NCBI GenBank assembly: GCA_043732305.1
Contig: JAYTHU010000146.1
Span: forward strand, 1-11,678
Direction of reading: 5' to 3'
DNA: 11,678 nucleotides
Source of the DNA: Oligoflexia bacterium
GTDB lineage: Bacteria > Bdellovibrionota > Bdellovibrionia > JABDDW01
The notes beneath the pieces were generated by a model. It was given only the letters and a program-made list of their open reading frames with translations. It did no database searches and was not told the DNA's origin. This document shows, piece after piece, positions 1 through 8,084 of this stretch (within the stretch, counting starts at the first letter, position 1; each line of letters begins with the position of its first letter). The position numbers and the translations under genes were made by a program.

Positions 1-1145
1 TGATCAATCGCAACTAGCAGATGGAACACGCGGTAAACTTCGTCTTCGTCAAGTTTACCTTGCGAGATGATATGATTTAACGTCATTCCTTTTTCCAAAT
101 CAAAAACTATATCCATATTGTTTCTTAACAGTGGAAAAGACCAGATACGCTGCCACCGGGTCGCAGAAGGATTACGGTAGGCATTGCTATCGAGCCATTT
201 GAGATAGCGCTGTTTAAGCCAATCCAAATTAATTTTGGATCTTAGCCAGTCGATCAAAAACGGCGATATGCTTTCACTATCAAGGAATATGGATGACGCC
301 GATGTAGGAGCTTGATCAAAAGACATGCTGTAGGTGGCATCACTAATAATCTTTGAAAGACGGTTGGCCATTTGCTCCGCAAAAATCATATCTATTACAT
401 GGGGCGAAAGAAAATTTAAATCAACGAGTCTCTCGCCAATTCGTCTTTTAGAATCCATTTTAAGCGCTTCATCAAGCTGCTCTATTGTGAGGTAGCCTTG
501 TTCGATCAAAAGATTGCCGAAAAATGATTCCGGATTCTGCATTTCGACCTGAATGATTTTTCCCTCGTGAAAACTAATAGAAGCGGGGACGCCAGCAGCA
601 ATCAGTTTCAGAGTTCCGCTGACAGAGGCGTTCATCATAAGATTACATATCCATGGAATGTCATACCCATGGATATTTTCAATTTTGTTAAGGGTTTTAA
701 TTTTTTCGCCTGGTGCTAAAGATGTCACAAGGAATGTTTCAAGTGGCAGGATTTCTTCATCCACCATGCTGTCAATTTGTTGATGTAGTATTTTTGTGAG
801 ATCGCTGATGTTAAATGGCTTAGGGAGAAATCCAATGGCGCCCGTTTTTTGAATAGCGTCTTTAATAAATGTTTTATCTCTGAAAACTCCACTCATCAAA
901 ATGATGGGAGTATTTTGCGCGCCTTCCTGACGAAGTTGCATAGCCAAATCAATGCCAGTGACTTTTGGAAGCAAGCAATCGATGATTATGACTTGCGCTT
1001 CTTGAATTTTATATTGGTTGAGAGCCTCTTGTGAGCTTCGGCAGGCGACGGGTTTATAGCCTTCCTTGCGCACGGCTTCGCTGAGTGCAGCCAGCAAAGT
1101 GGCGTCATCATCGACGATAAACACAATGATATTTGATTTATCCAA
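1..1145 (-). CDS. Multidomain response regulator, 3'-truncated by the window edge: REC domain + PatA-N/DUF4388-like region with two MshEN-like repeats (381 codons visible)
   Basis: Not in the ORF track because it has no stop in the window; translated by hand. TTG start at 1145..1143 with AAGGGGA RBS at 1160..1154, open to position 3. Begins MDKSNIIVFIVDDDATLLAALSEAVRKEGY; REC residues D12-D14, D56 (IIIDCLLP), S85, K109 (KPF). Then SGTLKL...ISFHEGKII (DUF4388-like) and FFGNLLIEQGYLTIEQLDEALKMD-SKR-RIGERLVDLNFLSPHVIDMIFAEQ. Confidence 0.88.
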   Translation of the reverse strand, partial: MDKSNIIVFIVDDDATLLAALSEAVRKEGYKPVACRSSQEALNQYKIQEAQVIIIDCLLPKVTGIDLAMQLRQEGAQNTPIILMSGVFRDKTFIKDAIQKTGAIGFLPKPFNISDLTKILHQQIDSMVDEEILPLETFLVTSLAPGEKIKTLNKIENIHGYDIPWICNLMMNASVSGTLKLIAAGVPASISFHEGKIIQVEMQNPESFFGNLLIEQGYLTIEQLDEALKMDSKRRIGERLVDLNFLSPHVIDMIFAEQMANRLSKIISDATYSMSFDQAPTSASSIFLDSESISPFLIDWLRSKINLDWLKQRYLKWLDSNAYRNPSATRWQRIWSFPLLRNNMDIVFDLEKGMTLNHIISQGKLDEDEVYRVFHLLVAID

Positions 1146-1165
1146 TTCGTTATTCCCCTTCTATT

Positions 1166-1194
1166 AGGATCGCTCTAAGTAGGCGATTCGTCAA
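1166..1194 (-). promoter_or_regulatory. Possible sigma70-type promoter for the response regulator
   Basis: Minus strand TTGACG (1194..1189), 17 nt, GATCCT (1171..1166). Good -35, weak -10; the implied start lies about at the RBS. Confidence 0.3.
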
Positions 1195-1209
1195 GGCTGG
1201 CTTAGGGGG

Positions 1210-1239
1210 TTGCCAAGTGCCGAGTTATGACCATATTAT
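1210..1239 (+). promoter_or_regulatory. Putative sigma70-type promoter for trxA
   Basis: TTGCCA (1210-1215), 18 nt, TATTAT (1234-1239), about 50 nt upstream of the ATG. Confidence 0.5.
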
Positions 1240-1289
1240 GTCTAGATAAAACGCTAACCGGGGCCTAGCCCTTATTGAAAAGGATAGTT

Positions 1290-1616
1290 ATGGGAACCAA
1301 CACAACGCAAATTACTGATGCTACATTTAAGGCCGAAGTTTTAGATTCTAAGATTCCAGTTCTCATTGATTTTTGGGCTGAATGGTGTGGACCCTGTAAA
1401 TCTCTTGGGCCAACGCTTGAAGAAGTTGCTGCCGAATTTGCGGGCAAAGTTAAAATTGTCAAAATGAACGTCGATGAAAACTCCGATGTTCCCAGCCAAT
1501 TTAACGTTCGCAGTATCCCTACTTTGATCTTGTTCAAGGGTGGCCTACAAATTGAGCAAGCCATGGGCAATATGCCTAAAGCTTCCGTTGTGAATCTCAT
1601 TAACAAAGCTCTCTAA
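1290..1616 (+). CDS. trxA: Thioredoxin (108 aa)
   Basis: VLIDFWAEWCGPCK active site and VRSIPTL cis-Pro loop. Start moved from TTG 1275 to ATG 1290, which has AAGGA at 1280-1284. Confidence 0.97.
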   Translation: MGTNTTQITDATFKAEVLDSKIPVLIDFWAEWCGPCKSLGPTLEEVAAEFAGKVKIVKMNVDENSDVPSQFNVRSIPTLILFKGGLQIEQAMGNMPKASVVNLINKAL

Positions 1617-1683
1617 GGTACGTTTCGGAGTCGCGCTCGACTACCTTTTGGCAGCGCCGGTGCGTTAAATATTAAACTTGTTT

Positions 1684-1713
1684 AAAGCCTTTGCGCCATT
1701 GCAAAGGCTTTTT
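1684..1713. terminator. Intrinsic terminator between convergent trxA and rodA, possibly bidirectional
   Basis: AAAGCCTTTGC (1684-1694), 6-nt loop, GCAAAGGCTTT (1701-1711): perfect 11-bp inverted repeat. T5 run at 1709-1713 on +; only T3 on -. Confidence 0.8.
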
Positions 1714-1758
1714 ATGAGTGTTCAAGTCGAGTATTTCCTTACGCTGCGGAAGCGAATG

Positions 1759-2874
1759 TTAGAACAAGAATCGTCTCAAAGACACGCTGGACACCATTCC
1801 AAGCCCAAGCATTGTCGTGAGTAAGCTGGATCCACCGTAGCTTATGAGCGGCAGTGGAATGCCGACGATCGGTAACAATCCAGTTGTCATGCCCACGTTA
1901 ATAAACATGTGCCAAAATAAAATCGACATTACTCCGAGAGTTAAGAGGACACCAAATTTATCTTTGGCTTGGCTCGCGATCCGAGCTCCCATTAAAAATA
2001 ATATGCAGTAGAGCGCAAGCGTCGTCACGCTCCCCACAAATCCATGTTCTTCTGAGAGCACGCTGAAAATAAAATCGGTGTGTCGTTCTGGCAAAAATTC
2101 AAGTTGCCCTTGGGTACCTTTTCTAAAACCTTTACCAAAGAATTTTCCAGAACCTACGGCAATTTTTGACTGAATGCTGTTGTAGCCGGCGCCACGGGGA
2201 TCGCGATTCGCATCCAGGAAAGTGTGAATACGATTTTTTTGATAATCTTTGAGTGCAAATTTCCAAGCCAAAGGCAGAGCACAGACAAAACTTAGAATGA
2301 GCCAGATGACAACGCTTCGTCGCATTTTCACAAACAAACATATTGTAGCGATGACGGAAATCAGCAGAAGTCCTGTGCCCAGATCTGGTTGTTTTACCAC
2401 CAGCAAGGCAGGAAATAATGTCAGTGTTGCGGGCAATAGTAATTCTTTGAAAGAGTGACCTTGAGGTTTAACGTGCGTATGGAAATACCGAGCTAATACC
2501 AAAACCACAACAAGTTTCATCGATTCAGAAGGCTGGTATCTAAAAAATCCGAGATCAAGCCAACGTTGCGCTCCCAATGAGGAGTGGCCGATAATCATAA
2601 CCAATATAAGTAAAAGGCAATTGATCACGTAGAATGGGTAGGCGAGTTTTAGGAATATACGATAATTTATAAATGTCACCGCCGCAAAAATAATCCAACC
2701 CATGATGAGATAAATCACCTGCGAAACGAAAAGGCTGGCGACACCTTTGGAATTGGGCCCGTGAGTTGCGGAATATAAATTGATAAGGCCGATCACATTT
2801 AAGGTGAAGATCACCAGTGCCAAATTGAAATCGATTTTTCTAATCGTGGTCCGTTCTTGTACTTGCAGTGCCAT
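1759..2874 (-). CDS. rodA: Rod shape-determining protein RodA (SEDS peptidoglycan glycosyltransferase)
   Basis: Polytopic membrane protein with GAQRWL, QPSE, QPDLGT, PERHTDFIF (catalytic Asp), G-I-PLPLISYGGSS; directly downstream of mrdA. Confidence 0.97.
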   Translation of the reverse strand: MALQVQERTTIRKIDFNLALVIFTLNVIGLINLYSATHGPNSKGVASLFVSQVIYLIMGWIIFAAVTFINYRIFLKLAYPFYVINCLLLILVMIIGHSSLGAQRWLDLGFFRYQPSESMKLVVVLVLARYFHTHVKPQGHSFKELLLPATLTLFPALLVVKQPDLGTGLLLISVIATICLFVKMRRSVVIWLILSFVCALPLAWKFALKDYQKNRIHTFLDANRDPRGAGYNSIQSKIAVGSGKFFGKGFRKGTQGQLEFLPERHTDFIFSVLSEEHGFVGSVTTLALYCILFLMGARIASQAKDKFGVLLTLGVMSILFWHMFINVGMTTGLLPIVGIPLPLISYGGSSLLTTMLGLGMVSSVSLRRFLF

Positions 2875-4850
2875 TATTCGTCCACCTCGGAGGGGATTGC
2901 GATAGTTTTGACTTTGACGTCCACGTCTTTGATCAGCTCAGGGTGATATTTTTTGAAATACGAAACGAGCACATCTTTTATAGTTGGGCCGGCAGCCGTT
3001 CCGTGACACGCATGCTCAGCATGAACTGCGAGAGCGATCTTTGGATCATCCGCTGGCGCAAAAGCCACCATCCAGCCATTGTGTCTTTGCTTGAGTGGTT
3101 TGTTTTCGCATTTTGCAAAAATATTTTCTGCGGACAACTGAAACAATTGTGCTGTTCCGGTTTTGCCGGCTATTTCCAGGCCGGGTATTCTGAACGAATG
3201 GCCCGTTCCATGTTCGCCGGCGAAAACGCGTGTGAGACCTTCTTTTACTATTTTGAAGGTCGCCGGATCAATGACGACATCTTCTTCTTTATCTTTTTTC
3301 TGAGCATCGCGAATCAGTTGAGGATTAAAACTCTGTTTGATTTTTCCATCGAGACTTTCAATTTTTTTGATTAAAAATGGACGGTAGACTAAGCCTTCGG
3401 TGCCGATGGCTCCGTAAGTGACGGCCATTTGAAGTGGGGTGACGAGATTAAATCCCTGTCCAATCGCATTGGAAAGATTTTCTCCAGGTTGCCATTCTTC
3501 GCCGAGTGTTTTCTTTTTCCATTCTGAATCCGGAATAAGTCCTGAGCGCTCATTGTCCATGAGAATTCCAGTGCGTGATCCGAGCCCAAGTTTTTTTGCA
3601 TATTTAGCAATGACGTCCATCCCAAGATTTATTCCTAGATGGTAGAAAAATACGTCACAAGATTTTTCAAGTGCTGTCATGACATTGATCGCACCGTGAC
3701 CATGTTTTTGCCAACAGTTGTATTTTCGTTTTCCAAACATCAAGTAGCCGGGGCAGGTAAAAGTACTGTTAACGGTGATTGCTTTCTCTTGTAGAGCTGC
3801 AATGGCAACAATGGCCTTGAATGTACTAGCTGGTGGAAAATGATCTTGTACCGCTTTGTTTCGTAAAGGTTTGAATGGATCATTGACCAGTTGCGCCCAA
3901 ACATCCGTGGGGATTCCCGTGGCAAAACTATTGGGATTGTAGGAAGGCGCATTCACAAGAGCTAAAATTTCACCCGAGTGAGGATCTAGCGCTACGATGC
4001 TGCCGATTCTCTTGTTCCGTTGAAAAGACTCGTAGGCTGCAATCTGAATATCTTTGTCGATTGTCAAAGTGACATTGTGACCAGGAACGTAATCTGTCCC
4101 TTCGGGATATCCACCTAAAATTAAATCTCTCCCCGATGCAATTTCACGTCCTCGAGCGTCGACCTCGACAAACCTTGCGCCGTCTTGTCCACGTAATTCT
4201 GGATCCCATTTTTTCTCTAAACCAGCTTTGCCAACAATGTCGCCGGCGCGCATTCGTGTCTCAGCCGTTCGATTCAAATTTACTATGGGAAGTTCGTCTT
4301 TAGAAATTTCCGCGGTGTAGCCAAAGAGCTGCGCGCCATTCTCGTTCAACAGATAATTGCGCTTTATTCCCATGTCTACTTTGAGACCAGGATTGTCAAT
4401 GACCATGCGTTCAACGGCGGCCACTTCATCGCGAGTCAAATTGTCTTTAATATGAACTGGTTTAAAAACACCGTTTTGACGACGGCTACTTTTAATTCGA
4501 TCAATGAGATCATCTTTTTTTATTTTAAGAGTGTTAGCTAAATCCTGGGCCGTGCGATCCATAGTAAGAATATATTGCGGCGTGATCGTGGCATTAAACG
4601 AAGGGAGAGAATCAACGAGGATGTCTCCATTTCGATCAAAAAGCATTCCGCGCGGTGCGGGATTTTTATCTTCCTTGATCTGATTCTGTTCACTGAATTT
4701 TTGAAATTCATTGCCTTTGAGAATTTGTAAAAACCAAAGGCGCAAAACTAAAATTAAAAAAGTCAGGACGATCGCGCCGTAAATGTAAATGTATCGATCC
4801 TGATACTCTTTTACATCTTCACTGCTTTCGACTAATTCAAAAGGACTCAT
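2874..4850 (-). CDS. mrdA: Penicillin-binding protein 2 (class B transpeptidase)
   Basis: N-terminal TM anchor, APRGMLFDRNG dimerisation motif, S342TFK, S397CD (SxD as in PBP2), K563TG; lies between mreD and rodA. Confidence 0.97.
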   Translation of the reverse strand: MSPFELVESSEDVKEYQDRYIYIYGAIVLTFLILVLRLWFLQILKGNEFQKFSEQNQIKEDKNPAPRGMLFDRNGDILVDSLPSFNATITPQYILTMDRTAQDLANTLKIKKDDLIDRIKSSRRQNGVFKPVHIKDNLTRDEVAAVERMVIDNPGLKVDMGIKRNYLLNENGAQLFGYTAEISKDELPIVNLNRTAETRMRAGDIVGKAGLEKKWDPELRGQDGARFVEVDARGREIASGRDLILGGYPEGTDYVPGHNVTLTIDKDIQIAAYESFQRNKRIGSIVALDPHSGEILALVNAPSYNPNSFATGIPTDVWAQLVNDPFKPLRNKAVQDHFPPASTFKAIVAIAALQEKAITVNSTFTCPGYLMFGKRKYNCWQKHGHGAINVMTALEKSCDVFFYHLGINLGMDVIAKYAKKLGLGSRTGILMDNERSGLIPDSEWKKKTLGEEWQPGENLSNAIGQGFNLVTPLQMAVTYGAIGTEGLVYRPFLIKKIESLDGKIKQSFNPQLIRDAQKKDKEEDVVIDPATFKIVKEGLTRVFAGEHGTGHSFRIPGLEIAGKTGTAQLFQLSAENIFAKCENKPLKQRHNGWMVAFAPADDPKIALAVHAEHACHGTAAGPTIKDVLVSYFKKYHPELIKDVDVKVKTIAIPSEVDE

Positions 4851-5374
4851 TTTTCAAGCTCGCCAACTTCTAAGCGTTTGGTTTTCTGGTCTACTTTGAT
4901 AAAGAAACCATAAAGTGATCGGACAACAAGCGCTGTGAATAAAATTTCTAAGCACCAATCAAGAGGACGTAGCAGGGGAGCCGAACTCTCGAAAATCGAG
5001 GAAACCAGCCAAGTAGAAACGTGAAAAACCAAAATATTGCTTAGAGCAGTCCAGCTGAAATGAACCGGTCCAGAGTTGTAAATCTGACTTCTTACACCTT
5101 GGTTGAAAATAAAAAGACAGACTCCGCCGAAAACGGCCACGCTTTGCAGCATAGAGGAGCAAAGGCCCAGGCAGTAACTTGCAAGCAAAGTGAAAATGAA
5201 GGCTTCAAGCGGTTTTCGGTAAAGACAAACATAAGTGATCACGCAAATAGCTAGCTGTAAAGTAGCGTGCCCAGCCCAAATCCAGTGAAAGAGACTCGAT
5301 TGCAGAACCGCACTCAATAATAGCAAAAGAAAAAATACAAAGAAATTGAGTGAAATTTGTGAGGGCTTATTCAT
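4847..5374 (-). CDS. mreD: Rod shape-determining protein MreD (divergent sequence, 175 aa)
   Basis: Small multi-TM protein between mreC and mrdA. Start reassigned to ATG 5374, which overlaps the mreC stop (ATGAATAA). Its stop overlaps the mrdA start (ATGA). Call rests on position, size and hydrophobicity. Confidence 0.75.
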   Translation of the reverse strand: MNKPSQISLNFFVFFLLLLLSAVLQSSLFHWIWAGHATLQLAICVITYVCLYRKPLEAFIFTLLASYCLGLCSSMLQSVAVFGGVCLFIFNQGVRSQIYNSGPVHFSWTALSNILVFHVSTWLVSSIFESSAPLLRPLDWCLEILFTALVVRSLYGFFIKVDQKTKRLEVGELEK

Positions 5375-6209
5375 TCGCGATCTTCTTGGTCTCTGACTTG
5401 AAAACAACCATCACTTCTTCAATACGCGTGATATCAACGATAGGTCTGATCTCTACCAATTGTGAAACTCCAAAAGCTTTCTTATTTACTTTTGTGACGG
5501 TGCCAATCGGAAAGCCTTTGGGAAAAATCTCGTCAAAACCACTGGAAATAACCAGATCGCCGATTTGAACATCATCAGTGCGCTGCAGATATTTAATTTT
5601 GCAAAGATCTCTGCCTAATCCTTCAACCACACCACGAGCACGGTTTTTTTGTACGAGTGCATCTATCACGGCATTGCGATCTGTGAGCGCCAAAATAATC
5701 GAGTAATGCGGAAAAGTGTCTAACACGTAACCCACGGCGCCTTCATGAGTGATGACTGCCATTTTTTTCTTCACACCGTCTGCAGAACCTTTGTTGATCG
5801 TGAGAGATGAATATTCGCCCCATAATCCCATCGCGGTGACTTGTGCGCCTAACAATTGAGATGGAGAAATTTGTTTGAACTCGAGTAACTTTTTAAGACG
5901 ATCATTCTCTAGGTAAAGCTCATCTTTTTGTTTGAGCTCTTGCTTGAGATCGTTCATTTGTTTTTTGAGTTCGCGATTTTCGGTTTTGATGTGAAGCAAA
6001 TTTAAATAATAAGACGTTGTATCGGAAACTCCGAGTGAGAAATGCGTGAAAAATTCCTGTGAAGGATTCACCACCCACATCACAGGTAGGTCATACCAAT
6101 GGGTTTGGTCTCCCTCACGTCTCTCAAGATTAAGGGAAATAAGGGGTAACGCTAAAATGAGCGCAACCACGAGCAATTTTTTAATGTCGAGTTCAAAGAG
6201 GCCAAACAT
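5367..6209 (-). CDS. mreC: Rod shape-determining protein MreC (280 aa)
   Basis: N-terminal TM, coiled coil (ENRELKK...ENDRLKKLL), LTINKGSADGV, GDLVISSG-FDEIFPKGFPIG. Start moved from 6326 to ATG 6209, which removes the overlap with the divergent gene; the exact start is less certain than the identity. Confidence 0.94.
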   Translation of the reverse strand: MFGLFELDIKKLLVVALILALPLISLNLERREGDQTHWYDLPVMWVVNPSQEFFTHFSLGVSDTTSYYLNLLHIKTENRELKKQMNDLKQELKQKDELYLENDRLKKLLEFKQISPSQLLGAQVTAMGLWGEYSSLTINKGSADGVKKKMAVITHEGAVGYVLDTFPHYSIILALTDRNAVIDALVQKNRARGVVEGLGRDLCKIKYLQRTDDVQIGDLVISSGFDEIFPKGFPIGTVTKVNKKAFGVSQLVEIRPIVDITRIEEVMVVFKSETKKIANE

Positions 6210-6216
6210 ACGTAAA

Positions 6217-6245
6217 AGTGTGGCACACATTTTTTGAAATTGAAA
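6217..6245 (-). promoter_or_regulatory. Possible promoter directly upstream of the mreC ATG (extended -10, leaderless geometry)
   Basis: Minus strand TTTCAA (6245..6240), 17 nt ending TGc, CACACT (6222..6217), 7 nt, ATG 6209; no SD-like sequence present. Confidence 0.35.
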
Positions 6246-6310
6246 TTTATTTGCCTTGAAAAAACTTTTGTGTTGAAGTGACCTTTCTAAATACAACTTG
6301 GAGGGTGTCT

Positions 6311-7837
6311 GTGGCAAAGCTATCATTCTGGCGTAAACGTGGAAAAAAAATTGGCGTTCATCTCGTGTTCTGGCCGATCATTGCCGTATTCGTGATATGG
6401 GGATTTGAGCGAATGGGAAACCCCGCGGGCAGCTCTGCTGCTACCGTTAACGGGGAAGCGATCTCTGTTGCTGAGTACCGTCGCGCACTGCAGCGCATGG
6501 TCGACATGTACAGTCAGTTTTCGAAAGAAAGCATGGATGAAGAAGCGATGAAACGCTACCACATCCGAGAAGCTGCGATTCAGCAGCTGGTGAATTCTGA
6601 ACTTCTGATGCAAGAAGGCGCAAAAATGGGGCTTGAAGTGACGGATCGAGAAGTTGCTGAGACCGTGACTCAAATGCCTTATCTCAAAAAAGACGGCAAA
6701 TTTTCAAAAGAACTTTATGATCTTATTCTAAAAAGCAACAATCTGTCCCCTAATCAATTTGAGTCGGGCCTTCGAAAAGAACTCTTGCTCGATAAAACAC
6801 GCAGCTTGTTTGAAAAAAATGTCGTGGAAAGCTCACTGGCTTTGCAAAAGCAATCACAAATGCAATCCAAGAAAATGGAATTGGAATTCCTCAAAATCAA
6901 TACTGGCGACATTGCGAAACATGTTGATGTTTCTCAGAGCGATGTAGATGCTTACCTGAAAGAAAAAACATCGGCTGCGAAAATTAAAGAGTATTACGAT
7001 TTACAGCAGGCTGAATTCAAGCAAGGCGAACAAGCTAGAGCTAGCCACATTTTGGTAAAAGCCAAAAAGGGTGATGCTAAAGAAGAAAAGTCCGCCCTGG
7101 ATAAAGTCAAAGATATCCAAAACCAACTCAAAGCGAAGTCTTTTGCGGAACTCGCAAAAAAATACAGTGATGATCCCGGGTCAAAAGCTCAGGGCGGATC
7201 ATTAGGTTGGTTCGAGAAGGGACGAATGGTTCCCGAATTTGATAAAGCTGTGTTTTCTATGAAGCCAGGAGAAGTTTCTGCACCTGTGCAAACGGCTTTT
7301 GGGTATCACATCATCAAATTGGAAGAAAAAAAATCAGGTAAAGAGATCACTTTAGATGCTGCCACGCAAACGATTGCTAAGCGTTTGGTTGCTCAATCGA
7401 AAGTCGAAAAAATTCTCGACGATGCTTCTCAAAAAAATGCTGGGCAGGCTGCCGACACACTCAAGGCTTGGGATAAAGATTTAAAATGGCAAAGCACTGG
7501 AGCTTTTTCCATCTCTGATGAATATATTCCGCAAATCGGTAGTGATGATTCTCTTTCGAGAGACCTTATGAGCTTGGATGAAAAGCATCCCTCAACGGGC
7601 AAGGTTTATAAAATTGGAAATTCACAGTTCATTGTGAAATTCAAAAGATTTGTCGAAGATAAAAAGCCCACATTAGCTAAAGCTAATCCTGAGCAAGCAC
7701 CCATCAACAGTTTGGGTAGAGACGTTTTCTCACAATGGGCTTCTAAGCTTTCAGAAAATGCTAAAATCACCATCAACAAACAGCTCTTCAGTGGCGACAC
7801 GGGTGGCGGTGACAACTCAGCTCCCGGAGACATGTAA
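6311..7837 (+). CDS. ppiD: Membrane-anchored periplasmic chaperone / parvulin-type PPIase (PpiD/SurA_N family, 508 aa)
   Basis: N-terminal TM, SurA-N region (AATVNGEAIS, GLEVTDREV), parvulin motifs RASHILV, FAELAKKYSDDPGSKAQGGSLGWF, MVPEF, PVQTAFGYHII. Start GTG 6311 with GGAGG at 6300-6304. Confidence 0.88.
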   Translation: MAKLSFWRKRGKKIGVHLVFWPIIAVFVIWGFERMGNPAGSSAATVNGEAISVAEYRRALQRMVDMYSQFSKESMDEEAMKRYHIREAAIQQLVNSELLMQEGAKMGLEVTDREVAETVTQMPYLKKDGKFSKELYDLILKSNNLSPNQFESGLRKELLLDKTRSLFEKNVVESSLALQKQSQMQSKKMELEFLKINTGDIAKHVDVSQSDVDAYLKEKTSAAKIKEYYDLQQAEFKQGEQARASHILVKAKKGDAKEEKSALDKVKDIQNQLKAKSFAELAKKYSDDPGSKAQGGSLGWFEKGRMVPEFDKAVFSMKPGEVSAPVQTAFGYHIIKLEEKKSGKEITLDAATQTIAKRLVAQSKVEKILDDASQKNAGQAADTLKAWDKDLKWQSTGAFSISDEYIPQIGSDDSLSRDLMSLDEKHPSTGKVYKIGNSQFIVKFKRFVEDKKPTLAKANPEQAPINSLGRDVFSQWASKLSENAKITINKQLFSGDTGGGDNSAPGDM

Positions 7838-7872
7838 ACTTTAGGTTTATTTGCACTTGATCAATAGAGGGT

Positions 7873-7900
7873 GGTTCGAAATCAATAGTGATTTCGAACC
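7873..7900. repeat. Perfect 12-bp inverted repeat (hairpin or operator) downstream of ppiD
   Basis: GGTTCGAAATCA-atag-TGATTTCGAACC; no real U-tract on either side, so not a canonical intrinsic terminator. Confidence 0.7.
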
Positions 7901-7918
7901 CTTAGGTTGCCCATTCAG

Positions 7919-7930
7919 CTGACATGTCAG
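7919..7930. promoter_or_regulatory. Perfect 12-bp palindrome, candidate activator-binding site
   Basis: CTGACATGTCAG, about 186 bp upstream of the inferred sigma54 start site. The palindrome is directly visible; its function is inferred. Confidence 0.45.
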
Positions 7931-7947
7931 ACGCTTCAACAAGGTTT

Positions 7948-7961
7948 TCAACATGTTGATT
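7948..7961. promoter_or_regulatory. 12-bp palindrome overlapping a perfect IHF consensus
   Basis: TCAACATGTTGA (7948-7959); minus strand 7961..7949 reads AATCAACATGTTG = WATCAANNNNTTR. Confidence 0.5.
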
Positions 7962-8084
7962 TCACTTAGATTGCATTCAAATTTAATTATTTCGTCTAAC
8001 GTTTGCACAACTTTCGCCACACCCTTATTAAACCTTTCTCATCCAACTACTTAAACTCTCTAGGTTTTGTTCGGGCGATCCGAT

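Noticed and set aside
849..1034. 61-aa + strand ORF
   Set aside because: Antisense shadow of the REC domain gene; no motifs.
1265..1606. 113-aa - strand ORF opposite trxA
   Set aside because: Antisense shadow of a highly conserved gene.
1615..1650. Small hairpin AGTCG-cgct-CGACT with flanking AAGGT/ACCTT after trxA, as an sRNA or riboswitch
   Set aside because: Short bulged stem with no family resemblance; a better terminator lies at 1684-1713.
6278..6326. Apparent head-to-head overlap of mreC and ppiD
   Set aside because: Artefact of longest-ORF starts; ATG 6209 and GTG 6311 leave a 101-bp gap.
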